NCBI GenBank assembly: GCA_047967505.1
Contig: CM106538.1
Reading direction: 5' to 3' (one strand)
DNA: 64,000 bases
Source of the DNA: Dipteris shenzhenensis
Taxonomy: Eukaryota
Part shown: positions 26,969-40,419 of the stretch, in pieces
Layout of the letters: each line of letters starts with the position of its first letter
Numbering within the stretch: the stretch's first letter is position 1
Made by a program: the position numbers and the translations under genes
Notes under the pieces: model-generated
Told to the model about the DNA's origin: nothing
Databases searched by the model: none
Seen by the model: only the letters and a program-made list of their open reading frames with translations

Positions 26969-27399
26969 GCTTGGAAAAGAGGAGGGGATCGAAGAATACA
27001 GTGGAGGAGGTAAGAAAATACAAGATTATGTATTGACAATAGAGAGTGGAATTTTAAAATGGAAGTGCAAGGATGAGACTTCTAGAAAGCAAATGTAAGC
27101 TAGAAATGGAATATTGGGAATGGTGCGATATTCCGTACGGGAAGAGTCATTGGCAAAGAAGAGTTCGTAAACAACTTTTATAGCTAACATCATTGCGGAA
27201 GATTGGGGGTACGGCATCGCATCAAGTTGTTCATCAAAGCAAAGAGGAAAGCCATTACCATGGTAAGAAGATGCAGGGCTTGCACATCACCTTCTGAATC
27301 CTCAAGCTCTTGTAGTCTCCATGAGATTTCTTCTAGCGGGGTGAGGTTTGGCATTTCCGTTCCTTTGAAGAGGTATCTCCTTTTGATTCACAAAACGCT

Positions 27400-27777
27400 C
27401 ATGCTAGTGAGTCAGCGATGCTATTTTGAGTTCTTCGAATATGCTTCACTTGAATCTCTTTAAATTTTTGACAAAGTTGAGTAGCCTGTTGATGGTGGCC
27501 TATCGAGGCTTCACTTCTCACTTTCACCTCAACATTGGCATACCAGTTGTGAGTCACCTCGTACATCTAGCTGAGTGATTTGATGTTCTTTGGCTTTTTG
27601 TAAGCCAAAAATGAGTGCGGAGTATTCGTCTTGATTGCAAGTGTCTGTTGCCATGGGACTGCCATACAAAAACTTTTCTCCGTCGGGTGAAGTCAAGGTC
27701 ACTCCTACCCCGCCGCTTTTGTCAAAGTGTAAGGACCAAGCCGACGTCAAATGAGCACCAAGACACGTACGTCCCAA
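27400..27777 (-). pseudogene. Archaeal-like RNase HI (aRH) domain of retroelement type, degenerate
   Basis: WSLHFD..GVGVTL...TCNQDEYSALIFGL..A......LDVRGDSQLV. It continues after a stop or frameshift to FKEIQVKHIRRTQNSIADSLA. Confidence 0.8.
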
Positions 27778-28725
27778 GTCTCCCGATAATCTAGGATTGG
27801 GAAGGGATGAGGGGAAGCCAAAACCTCAACAAGGCATTCTGGCTCGAACAAGCTCACAATCAATTTTCTATTGAAAATTCACTTTGTGTCCAAACAAAAT
27901 TTCCACATGAAGTTCATGATGAGGAACAAAAGGTCGATTAGGAACAAACGGGTTCTGAGGACAGAACATCTTAACCATATAAATGCATGTTATTACATAA
28001 GAATTCTGAGAACCCTAGCTCCTTAGCGTAATCATAGTAATATCTCCTTGGCTTTTCCTGCACCTTGATCTTTTTCTTGAACACTCTTTTCTTCTTGACC
28101 TTCAAAGGGACAGAGTTAGATGAACAACTAGATTCTGGCATTTTGTTGGCCGCTTGAGAGAATTTGCTAGAAGAGACTCACTTTTCACGCGTCTTCTTCA
28201 CCTAGGAGGGATACTTTCTGATTCTGACTAGCCACTCGTGAAGAGCTTGGAAACCTGAACACTTCTTCTTTATGCGGCACCGAGAAATTCAACCTCAACA
28301 AAAAGATACAGCCCTTGGAAGCTTTGTTGCCATAGAGGATGTAGGATGCAAACCAAGGAGGAGGAGGCGGTGAGGTGGCAGTGGGCGCGAAGTGCGAGGT
28401 AGGAGTGGATAGCGAGGCAGGCAGACACGACGCACAAAGCGTGGAGGTGGCAGCATAGGCGAAGGTAGCAACAGGATCGGAGGTGGCGGCGCGTAGGCGC
28501 AGGAGGCGGCGACGGTAGCAATAGGTTCGACAATAGTAGCAGGATCGGCGACGGCGCAGCGGCACGGATGGCGAGGCACGGGGCACGGTGCCCGGTGATG
28601 GTGCACATGCGGCGGCGATAGGCGCAAGTGGCGAGGCACGGGGCATGGCACCTGATGGCGGCGTGGTGCAGATGGCGAGGCACACATCAGCGCAGATGGC
28701 GAGGCACGGATGATGGAGAGAATGC

Positions 28726-28727
<2 letters not shown>

Positions 28728-28815
<88 letters not shown>
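28728..28815. repeat. Long perfect (GA)n microsatellite
   Basis: Directly visible, ~88 bp. Confidence 0.97.
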
Positions 28816-28818
<3 letters not shown>

Positions 28819-30099
28819 TTTTTAGAGAGAGGAGAGAGAAATAGAGGGAGAAAAAGAGGTGGAAGAAAAGAGGGACTAGAGGGAGGACTAAAGAGAGAGA
28901 AGATGAGAGGGAGAGGGGGTGGGAAGAGAGCATTTGCACAAGAGAACTACCAAATTGTCGAAGGGGGCATGATACTCATACGTGGAGATTCGTATCCCAG
29001 CAGCCACACCATTTTTATTAACTAGAAAAGAAATCAAGGCATGAGGCTAAACGCTAGGCATGGCGATGCTCGAGGGCCATGGGGGAAAGGGAACGTGAGG
29101 GGAGAAGCGTTAACATGAGTGGAGAAAAGGGTTTAAGAGGGGTGGGAATGAAGAGGGAGACTATGGCACAAGGGGGAAGGGAGAGGGGGAAGAGGAGCAT
29201 GTACATGATGGGAGGTGGAATGTAGAGATGGAGACATCAAGGGAAGAGAGTCATGCTTTTTATTCGAAAGGAAGGATGGGGGAAATCAAAGTACTAGCAT
29301 GGTGGCTATACAAGAATGAGTGTGTCACATCAAGCAATAGCCCCCTCCTTTTATAGCCAAGAGAGGGGGTCTCTCCCATTAAATGCATCCTCCCACATGC
29401 ATGGTGTGTGTGGAGGAATCTCCCATGTGGGCTAGATGGGCATGCACTCTCAATTGTGTGCGACAACCCTTTGCCTCATTTTCCACATAAATCAAGCCCC
29501 ATATCCCAAGTCTAAGATACTCCCTTGGTCCCTTCTCAATGTTATAATATGTTCAAACATCTGGGACAAGTGGAGGGTTCGCACAAGGAATCTTGCCACC
29601 TCATCCTACTTTCCCCATTATTTAACTTGCATTCTTGGACTATCTACCCCCCCCCTCCCTACATGGGCCTATCCTACATGGAGGGAAGAATCCAATATAA
29701 TATCCATCTCTACCTATTTTATATTACTTTTTCCATGGTCCTTGGGCCATGTCTCACTAAATGCAAGCATGGGACCGCCTAGGTTGAGGGGTGGCACATG
29801 GAGGAACCATGCCACCTCAACATTTTATAATATTACTACCATGGATTATGTACAACACACCTATGGATCCTCTTACGTGGAAGGGTGGCACATGGTCATG
29901 CCTTGCCACCTCAACCCTGGGCCCTATGCACACCATATTTTATTATACTATTACCACACATACAAGCACACACACATATTTATGCCTTTTACCTTGGTCA
30001 AATTTATCCATAATAGTGCATGAACAAAGCAATTCGTCCTAAGATCAAGGCAATTCGTCCTAAGATCAAGGCAAAGGCTATGATGATCAAAGACTATGT

Positions 30100-33000
30100 A
30101 GAAGGTATGTTTTCAAGTTTATCTATGTGTAATTTTGCTATGATAAATCGGGTAAAGCCCACATGCAAGCTTTAGTGATAAGGGTGACAAGGATGATCTA
30201 TGGGAAAGATTATGAGTTTTCAGTCGATTTAGGAAGTAGCCATTGTTTCCTATCCCCTTAAGTCCTAAAAGATCTAAATTTGAATACTATTGAGTCCCCC
30301 AAGAGACCTGCTGGGATAGCAAGTGGCAAAAGGAAGTTCACAAGAGAAGTGATAGAGAATCTTGGTTTCTACTTGGGAGAGGTTATGACTTTAAAAAAGC
30401 TTCAAATTTTGGATATAGGTAAGTACGATGTCATTATTGGCATGGATTTGCCAACCAAAATCCAAGCCATAACTAATGTGGAAACTGAGTCATTAAGCAC
30501 AAGAATAGGGACGAGATAGAGAGCGATATATGAGGAGAAGAAGTTACTTATGATGTAGAAGAGATTTCAACCATGAAACCTAAGAAAGCAACTAAAAAAG
30601 GAGTTGATCTTATAAGGTTTTTCTCAAGAATTTAGAAGAACCCCTTGTCAAAGAAAATAAGGAGAATCTGAATATATAAAGAAGAATCATTCTAGGAGGA
30701 GTATGCAAATGTGCTTCTAGAAGGTCTTCTTGGAATGCCTCCACCTAAATGTCTTTATCATGTGATAGAGTTGATATCAAGATCCCCTTATGTTAGAGCT
30801 CTCACACAGTGAGTGTTGGAGTTGCAAAAAGGATTTAGCAAGTGAGGCAAAAGAGAGAGTTTATTCAAGAGAGACAGGCCCAATATATAGGCTCTAGTTA
30901 CATCCAGTAGTGACATCACATATGAGCTCAGTAGAGCATCTAGATCCACAAATCTCTCAATTAGTTCCATGAATCTCTCAATCACATACCACACACCTAG
31001 ATTCACTCAATCACACCTACTTGCACCTATTCAGGCACACCATGTGTTCACATACAACCTTAGACCTTAGGACTCTAGATCCCATTACAAAAATTTGCCC
31101 TTCATTCCCCCCCCACAAATTGATGACCTCAACCCTAGCAGTAGTCCATGGGAAACTTCATGGCTTGCCCACCTCTAGTGGCAATACACATGATCCACAA
31201 CCTGGTACTCACTCTAGTTGCATCAACAATAGACTCATTTAGGCATCCTCATCCCAACATGATCTCACTCTGACTTTGGTTTGTTGGTTTACAATTGAGA
31301 GATAGACAATGACTATGCATGGGAATACCCTAAGATCCAACAAGGTAACACATAAGACTAACAATCATTTGAGGGGGACATCCCAAGGTAGAGAACCCTT
31401 ATTGAAACACACACAAAATTTCTAAATTGAAGATGTGGGGAAATACCCCCCTTTGATGGCATGTCTTGTCCTTTTCCTCCTCCTCTTCCAAGCTACCATA
31501 GTGTGAGGTTCATTGTCATTGGAGAGGTTCTTGGTGTAGCCAATCTTGTAACTCCTTTGCTCTTTGTCCTTCTCCACACTCTTTAATGTATCTTGTCCAT
31601 ATTCTACAATACAAGATCCTTGTAGTCCTTCACCTTCTTTGAGTGTCCAAGCCTTAAAAACATTTTGTGAATCATATGGATTGAAGAGGGTCTTACCACT
31701 TGTCATGCAAGGGCAGTGTCTACTCTTGTACAAGAGGTGGTCATGATCGTATGGCAAGGTATAGTCAACCAAATGCAAGTACATTTCATACATCATGAAA
31801 GATGCTGAAACCATAACTAAGGCATCTTCAAAATAAGAATCATAATGGTTGTAGTTGAAACCTTTGTTCCAATCATATCCATTGGAAATCATCATGCAAG
31901 TCATGATATATTCTTCCTTCATGTAAGCTCTTGTCATGGTCAATCTACACTAGTCAACTAGTCAACTATCTGTATGACTTGAAATCCACTTCAAAGTATC
32001 ATAACTTCAATCCTCAATATAAAAGATGAAAAATGCATTCAACTGAACTTCAAAGAGCATTCTCAGAACTGAAAGAGCAATCTCTCAATCTCTGAACTGT
32101 ACTTTAACTCCTCAAGCATCACCTTAGCATTTAGTGTAGCATCAAACTTCAAACTTCAAGAAATGTCTAGAAATGCTTGCAGAAAATAGAGAAACTTTGG
32201 AGGATTGCTACGTCACTGCATGAAGCATCAAGCAGAGGGCATTTTCTATGCAATCAAAGGTACTTGGAAGTCGAAGACTCAATGCAAGTCTCAGACCAAA
32301 TGAAGCTTCACACCTTCAGGGGCAGCAGCATCTTCTCCACCTCCAAAAACCATTTCTTCTTCAAAACCCAACTGGTTTTTCCTTAGTTTCTCCTCATTCC
32401 TTGACCATTGGCCCTCAAAATTGACTAGCAGGTAGCCCATAGGATCGCCTAAGTGCACCTTAGACCATTTTTGAAATGGTGGCTCCAGCAAGCTGAATTG
32501 ACAGAAATGCCGTGGGATGAAGCGAGTATCAGCACAAGCTGTAGAAGGACAATTTCTAGAAACCCTCTAAAGTAGAAGCGCAACTACATGAGGGGAATAT
32601 ATGGCTGAAAGGGTTTGGAGAATGATCGCCTACATTGGGAGAACAAGCACTTGGAAATTTTGCTCAAAAGTGGAAAAAATGGAGAAGAAAAGAGTGTGAG
32701 GAAGAAGATGATGACATGGCACTCAAGGTTGTCTCAAGGAGAGTGAACCAATGCTCTGATACCACATGTTGGAGTCAAAAGGATTCAACAAGTGAGGCAA
32801 AAGAGAGAGTTTATTCAAGAGAGACAGGCCCAATATATAGGCTCCAGTTATATCCAATAGTAGTGACATCACATGTGAGCTCAATAGAGCATCTAGATCC
32901 ACAAATCTCTCAATCAGTTCCATGAATCGCTCAATCACACACCACACACCTAGATTCACTCAATCACACCAATCCAGGAACACCATGTGGTCACACACTC

Positions 33001-33780
33001 ACAACCTTAGACCTTAGGACTCTAGATCCCATTACATCAATTTGCCCTTTAGTAAGAATATATGGAGCTAAGGCTTCAACTCAAGGGCTTCATTAGGCCA
33101 AGTTTGTCTCATTGTCTATGCGTAGATTATAGAGGACCGAATAAATATACCATAAAGAATAACTCTCCTCTTCCTTGGATAGATGAAACTATTATATCAA
33201 TTATCTAGACTTAAATTATTCCTAATATAGATCGTAGATTCATCAAATTCAAATAAAAGAAGAGGATATATATAAGACTGTTTCAAAACTAGCTATGGAC
33301 CTTGTGAGTGTACGGTCCTACCTTTTGCAATGGCTAACGCTCCTCCAACATTCATGTTCTTATGAATAACATTTTTCATGAACATCTAGATGATTTTGTT
33401 CTTTTTCTCTAGATGATATCTTGATCTACTCAAGGAAGGAAGAAGAACATGAGATTCATCAAAAGTTTTAAAGAAGCTAAAAGAGAATCCATTATATGGA
33501 AAACTAAGTAAATGCTTCTTTACAAAGTAGCCAATTGAATTTCTTGGTCATATGATTTCCAAAGACGGAGTGCATATTGATCCCAAGAAAATAAAAGTGA
33601 TGTAGTTAGTAGCCATAGTTCATGCATTAAAGATTGGTAGTACTTTCCTCTAGGTCCTAAGTTTCGAGCTAAAGGGTTGACTGTGAGAGTTTGAAGTACT
33701 TATTTACCCAAGCACAATTGAGCAATAGACAAAGAAAATGGATGGATGATATTAAAGTTGTTACGAGTAAGGAAGATAAA
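30100..33780 (+). mobile_element. Degenerate Ty3/Gypsy pol remnant (protease, RT), split by a nested LTR element
   Basis: Protease VDLGSSHCFLS and KYDVIIGMD (30220-30450); RT start GMPP...HVIELI (~30730-30780). RT resumes after 33051 with LCVDYRG.NK.TIKN..PLPWIDE and LPFAMANAPPTF. Confidence 0.8.
30814..33051 (-). mobile_element. Non-autonomous LTR retrotransposon (~2.2 kb, LTRs ~290 bp)
   Basis: Direct repeats at 30814-31104 and 32767-33051. PBS reverse complement GCTCTGATACCA at 32753-32764 and PPT (poly-C on +) at 31105-31114. Flanks GTGAG/GTAAG look like a 5-bp TSD with 1 mismatch. Confidence 0.88.
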
Positions 33781-35149
33781 GTGGTCGAATGCCACATTGC
33801 AATTCTGCATCTATGGTTTGCTTAGAGTGCTGATATCCGAGATGATCTATCTCGTGACTCTTCTATTTTTGCAAAATCTTATGGTGGATATAGTGATGCT
33901 TTGCATGCTAAAAGCTATGTGAATTTGAGTGGGAATCATTTTGGGAAAGATTTATATGAGAGAATTATAGGCTTCCTTGCAGGCTACTACTTTGTAATGA
34001 ACATGATTCAACCATTTGGATGGGAAAATAATGGTCCGAAGATCAGGAAAAAACATTCTGGACTAGATTTTCTACTTGGATTTATGTGTAGAATTCTGAA
34101 ACACAAATTTGAGGCGTAAAATGGTGGATTTTGGCCAAAAGCAATGATGACCAAAGTTATAGGGAATCCAAAGAAGGTTCAAAGTCATACTATTGATTAT
34201 TTCCAGATTCCACACTGTTTGGGAGGTGCGAGGCTCTGATGAACATGGTTATTTTTCCAATGTCAAAAAGAACTTTCTGAATCACAGTGATGGCTTTATT
34301 TTTGGAAAACGGTACTATTTTGGGAAAAAGAGGTTCACACTTCAAAAAGATGGATTTTTGAAGACCGGGGTTCATTCTCTATACAAATTTGTGAAAAATC
34401 TTCACACACGTGGATTTCAAGGCAGCTTGAGAAAGACTTGGAATCATGGCCGAGATGGAGATCAAGACTAGGTTTCTAGGAGAATATTTTGAGTTTGAGA
34501 CTGAGATTGAGACTTTGGCAAAGATTGATATTTATTTCAACCTCCACCTTGATTGAGATTGGGATTATGGTGATTGTGACTAAGATTGAGTGCTACAAAT
34601 AATGCAAAACTTGGTTCCTCCTCTACAAAGGATTTTGGGTTTTCTAAAATGCAAATACCAACATTACAAACAAAACCAATTAATACATCACCTTAACTGT
34701 CATGCACACTATTAACTCTGTGGTAACAAGGGTCTAAAGCATAGTCCAGAGCAACCAAGATGAGATCATTGTGTGTCTGAAGTAGTCACAAAGTTACACT
34801 TGTAGTATCTTGAGCTTGAGGGTAGATTTGGTGGATGTAATAGCATAGCAAGTACTCTCTAGAAAAGATCTACAGATACTTGCAAAATCTTGATCTAGAG
34901 AGAGAAATACTAAAAACTATGATGTGTTAGAGAGAGAAACTCCATATGATTTGTGTTAGAAAGAGAAATTCCATACACTTCGTGTTGGGATGGAAAATCA
35001 GGATCATGTATAAGTTTTTGTTGATGCAAAGGAGCTCTCACTCTTTGGGACTAAGTGTTCAATTCACTTTCGTGTTCATGTGCTTGATCTCCTGGCTTCC
35101 ACACTCCCTTACACTATCAGCATATTCTAGTATACTCTCACCTTGCAAC

Positions 35150-35350
35150 CCAAACTCCTCCCTCCTCCTTTCTCCCTCCTTCCTCCTCCCTTACTCTGCC
35201 CTCCTCCTCCTCCTTTCTCCTTCCTCCTTCCTCCTCTCTCCTTCCCCTTCTCCTCACTCCTCCTCACCTTGTTCTCTCCTTTTGACCCCTTCTCCTTACT
35301 CCTCCCTCACTCCTCCCTCCTCACCTTGTTCTCTACTTTTGACCCTTAAT
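35150..35350. repeat. CT-rich low-complexity region with imperfect subrepeats
   Basis: Repeated CTCCTCCT and CACCTTGTTCTCT..TTTGACCC units. Confidence 0.8.
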
Positions 35351-38300
35351 CCCAAGAAAACGTGAAGGAGACTAGCTCTCCACATCTCAACCTTGCAGCC
35401 CTCTCTCAACCTTAAACCCTTAGATAAATTTCTCAACCTTGTACTCCTTTTAAACCCTCCAAACCTTTCCTAAACCCTTGAATCCCAACGGAGATGAGAA
35501 CCTCCATCAACTTTGTGAGCAACACCTCTTTTTCACCTAAGTGTAACCCAAAAATGCTATTCATGATTTAGCCTATACCTCTCATCGGAACACAACCCAA
35601 GGACCTATGCTACATTTGTGAACACCTATGCTACAATGCGCAATGACATATTTGTAGGTGACCTAAACCCTCGGAGTTGAAAATGAGAGGAAAAGTAACA
35701 ACACATATGAAAGATCTCTTTTCTTATAGATTGCACAACAATGCCACACGAATACATCTAGAAAATTAGAAGTAGCTCATAAACTCTACAATTTAATTTA
35801 TTTTGAGAATTTCTCAATATGAAAAAGTTGTGAGAGAAGACACAAAATGCTATGTAGCCTTGACAAAACAAGGAAAGCAAAAAGAGGGCACATCTAGGGT
35901 GAGAGGGAGAGTGCAACACAATAGACTGATTTATAATACCTAAGAACTTATAAAGAATGGATAAATACAAGAACTTGCTTGGACTAGGGTTTGCATGCCA
36001 TTTTAGTGTCTTTTTTAGAACCTTTAAACATTGCTTTATAAAAGCAAAAGACCTCTAAACATTGCTAGTGTGCATATTAACAATAGGACATATTGTTTTT
36101 AAAATTTTGCATATTATCAAGATGTTGTTGCAATTACATCATCATCACCGACATCACGAAGGTGGCATTCCCTCAAGATGATGAATTTTGGTTTGAAATT
36201 TGCACAATCGTTGAAGTTTTATGACTCCCAATGTGAAGACGACTCCCTCTCTCCAAGTCAAGTGATCATGATCATATTCACCGAACCAAAGAATAGGGAC
36301 TAAACTATACGAATCGCCATCTGAAATTCATCACCCAACCATATTTCAATTCTATCTCACTCTCACGCTTACTCTTTGAGAAATGTCTAGATCTTGAATC
36401 GAGTCCAATAGACATCTACGTCCACATCCCGTCCACAAAGTAGGCACCAGTGTTACTAATTAGGATTAGAGGTGCATATGAATCCAACCCTAGTTAGTAA
36501 TCGTCAACTTCACCCACGTGGCTTATATGAATTACCCATGAAAAAAATTGATCAATTTATCAGCCCATTGCTTAATTGACCATTCATTGTTGCTATAATC
36601 ACACACACTTTCTTAGTGTTATGCACGGAAAGTGTTTCATGATGTACATATTCATATGGCAATGCTCCCATGTACATAATTATCATTTCTTCCTCAAGAT
36701 AGTATTCCAAAATTTTCTTACCATGACCATAAGCAAAATATTTCATAAATGGGATTAGATTGCAACATAGAGGAAAACTCATAAAACACATGCAAACGAT
36801 CTAATTATTCATGGCGCATGGTATGGGGCCCAAACCACAAGGAAATTAATTACCTTGAGGGGACCCAAACCACAAGGGAAATTAATTAGCTTTCCAAGGA
36901 TATATTCACTTGAATCCCTTGATCAATAGATCAAGCCTAACCACTTGACATCTTTAAACATGTGTCCTAGCATGTCTACACCTGAAGCACTCAAGATCAC
37001 TGTAAGAACGTGAAGATATGCGCTCCCATAAGTCATTCCATGCTTCCTATGACCAAAAGAGAAAGAAAAACAATGTGACTTCACAATAAAATGTTTCTAT
37101 CATTATAAGAGAAGGTTCCACATGCAAAACATAGAAAAAACACTACGTGAAGATTCAAACAACCCCAAGTTCTTGAGATGGGGCTCTTCTAAGAGCTATT
37201 CTCCATTAAACCTCCTTGAGACAAGGAAATGATGCAACTGAACCCTAGAAGAAGGGGAAAATCAAGGAGTTCATCATCCAAGTAGCATTTCTATGATAAA
37301 AGGGCATGGGAAGGAGAGAGAAAGAGGGCACCTAGAGAGAGAAAGTAATAGAAGCATGGAGAGGCATGAGGGCCCATGGTGGAGGTGCATGGAAGAGAGG
37401 ACCCTAGAAGTGGATAGGTGGGGTGGCTTGTTTCTACAACATCAAGGTACTTGAAGAATGAGCTATCTTACTTGCTTGGTGCCCACTCTTATATAAGACT
37501 CATATAATTAGAATGGAACTAGCTGAACTAGTAGTTGCCTTCTAGTTTGGTTGGGGGACCACCATTTCGGAACATGGCCTTGGTCCAAAGTTGTGGGAGG
37601 TCATGGTTTTTCACACATGGTTTTGATGGTACATGGTTTTGGTAACTCATGGTTTTAGAACATGGTTTAGTTGCAATAGATTTGGGAGGCCCATTGGGAG
37701 GAACTAGGGACAAGAAGAGTTATATACCTTAGTTTGGTCGTCATGTCGAAATGAATGGTTTAGATCTAACTCCTAGATCCAATGGTTATTTGTGACCTTA
37801 ATGATTACATTAAAAATGGATTCCCATGATGCTAACTCTTAGCCTAAATTGTTTATCTGGAAACTGTTTTCATTTAATGATTGTGGGTATCTCTAGCAAG
37901 AAGAGAAAGAAAGTGAATGGACTTGGGCAGAAAAGCTTTCGAAAAATAGTATAGCATCTAACAATGCCTCTACCAACTGCTAATAACCCAAGCTAGGGGT
38001 TCGCCAAAAGTTGTACTTTGTGGCCATATAGGCACTATGTAATTCAGTTCAATTTTTTGTACGAATTACATTCCAATTAAAGAGACCAAAAGTCTTTGCA
38101 TTCGGTTTACTTTTGTGTTGTCCAGAGTCTTTAGTTTCATAAGGCAAGCATGCAAAGGGGGGAAAGCTAGTAGTATAACGTATAGCATGAAAAGACCAAA
38201 GCAATTGTACCATGGCCCCTGGTCCTTCAAAGTTGGTGGTTCTCTTCACACACCTTTAAGTTAGCATGCACATAGAGAATGTTAACTCAAGAGGAAGAAA

Positions 38301-39322
38301 TGTCTAAGGGTATAAAAAAGGCAATGCAAGAGAAGAGGGAGAAAACAATATTGTTTAAGAGAAAACTATAGTAGTGGAAGGGAAAGCCTTCAAAAGACAC
38401 ATTTAATTTACTTTACTTTTTATTTTATTGTTTTTTTAAAAAGCCTTAAAGGCAAGCCACAAATAATAATTAACATGTCTTGTCACTCATATTGGTGAGG
38501 CAACAAATTATCACAATGGTAGACTCCTTAATAGTACTATGTCTTAGTGAATACCCTTCTTATAGGGGTTTGAATATCTTAATCTATGCAAAATGCAAAG
38601 GATTTCAATGTTAGAGTGCTTGCACTTATGAACATATCAACAAAGCAATCCTCGTCACTTTCTTATATTTACTTTGTCATGTTGATATGGTATGTATTGC
38701 TCAAACAAAAGATATGCCTATCATAACACAATTTGTGAAGGGAAATTTAACATGAATACATCTTAAAAGAGACCTTTTCTTGTGGGATAGTTTTCCATTA
38801 CCATTGGTTTGTAAAACACATGGACATCATTGATGGACTTCGGTAAGAACATAACAAATGGGAACATAAGAATAGCAACGAAGCATATAGTCTCTTTTTA
38901 AAACTATATAACTAGAATTTCTCAACATTTCGATGATTCTAAAATACCGCTTTCACTTGAAAATTACAAAAATCATTCTAAATTATCAAATTTCACGATT
39001 TTAACTTTAACAAGTCAATAAGCACACATAATATGACTTTTCCTAAAATATAGAAAAAAGATCTAAGTGTGCAATCTGAACCTCATGCAAGTCACATATC
39101 AAACATGTCATCTACTATGGATGCATAAATTGGTATCTAGGCCTTTGCACATCCTCTATGACTTGACGAAAATAATTCATGCAGGAATGAGCGTCTTGTA
39201 GAGACCGAAGCAAAGAATCTTGAAAGCATGGGAAAACATTCACCAAAGAGTGCTCATACAGTCGAATGGTGCGAGCACGATACGATGACCGAAGGGCCCA
39301 ATATCACCCCACCCACCCACAT

Positions 39323-39352
39323 TCATACATACATATATATATATAGAGATAG

Positions 39353-39385
<33 letters not shown>

Positions 39386-39386
39386 A
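39323..39386. repeat. Compound (TA)n/(GA)n microsatellite
   Basis: Directly visible. Confidence 0.9.
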
Positions 39387-40419
39387 GCACAAGCAACATG
39401 AGGAAGAGAGGAAGCAAGCCATCCAAAGGAAGAAAGGCAAGTGAGAGCAGGAAGCAGAGCAAGACAACACTCAGCGAGCATTAGCATCATGCAATTCTTT
39501 GCTCTCACGCATCCAAAACCAATCACAATGCCCATGTGTTACCTGGGACAGGCCATTACAAGCACATGCCTTTGTACAATTTGTCAAAAACAGATTGGGG
39601 AACACATAGGAGGGACAAGTCTGATACCAAATGCACAATCCCCAACTCTGGTCCAAAACTTTGCTTTTCTAATTTGGGCATGAATCTAGGAAAGCATAAG
39701 ATCATCCTTTCTTACCCAATGACTAATTGTAAATAAAATAGTCTCCCAAGTCCACGTTTTAATCAGATGTGAAAGAGTCCTCTATGTGAAGTAGATGAAC
39801 AAAAAAAGGCCCTCATCATAATATAGAAATTCTCCTTCAGTCACTGAGATTCATTCATGTACACTTCGTGAATTTGAATTTTAAAATCATTGCCTAAATA
39901 ACAATTAATCTTCTTCCAAGATTGCTTGTGATTCATTTACTAGTGAACCTTCACACTACATGTGTTCGCTCTTACTTTGGTGGCTGGCTTAACCCAATTC
40001 TATTGGTTAGGCATTAATAAGCAACAGGCCCAGATATGCTAAGCAGTCGTATTATACTATAAATAAATAAAACATGTACCCAGTACAGCCTCTATATCAA
40101 ATAGATATACACATGACTGCATCGAAAGAACCAACATAATGGCACTAAAAGTTCCATTTACCACACAACAATCTCTTGCCACCAATACACAGAGGCTTTT
40201 CCCTGCATGCCTCCAATATCCACCTGATCTATATACATTCGGAAAGTAGAAGCCTAGAGTTACTAGAACCAAAACCTTTTTTAAGGTCAAGGAACAATCT
40301 TGCACTGAATAGAAAAGGGTTACAGAAAGGGATGCAGTAAAACATAACTAGTCTTTGTGCTCACTGCGAGGTGCTACTTAAAGATGAACAATCTAACTAC
40401 TCTCCGATTAAGCTCTCTC

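Noticed and set aside
28185-29025. Long ORFs of 99-214 aa (28185-28727, 28295-28939, 28726-29025)
   Set aside because: Products of GC-rich and (GA)n low-complexity sequence with no domain signal.
34946-35365. 139-aa Ser/Pro/Leu-rich ORF
   Set aside because: Translation of a CT-rich low-complexity repeat.
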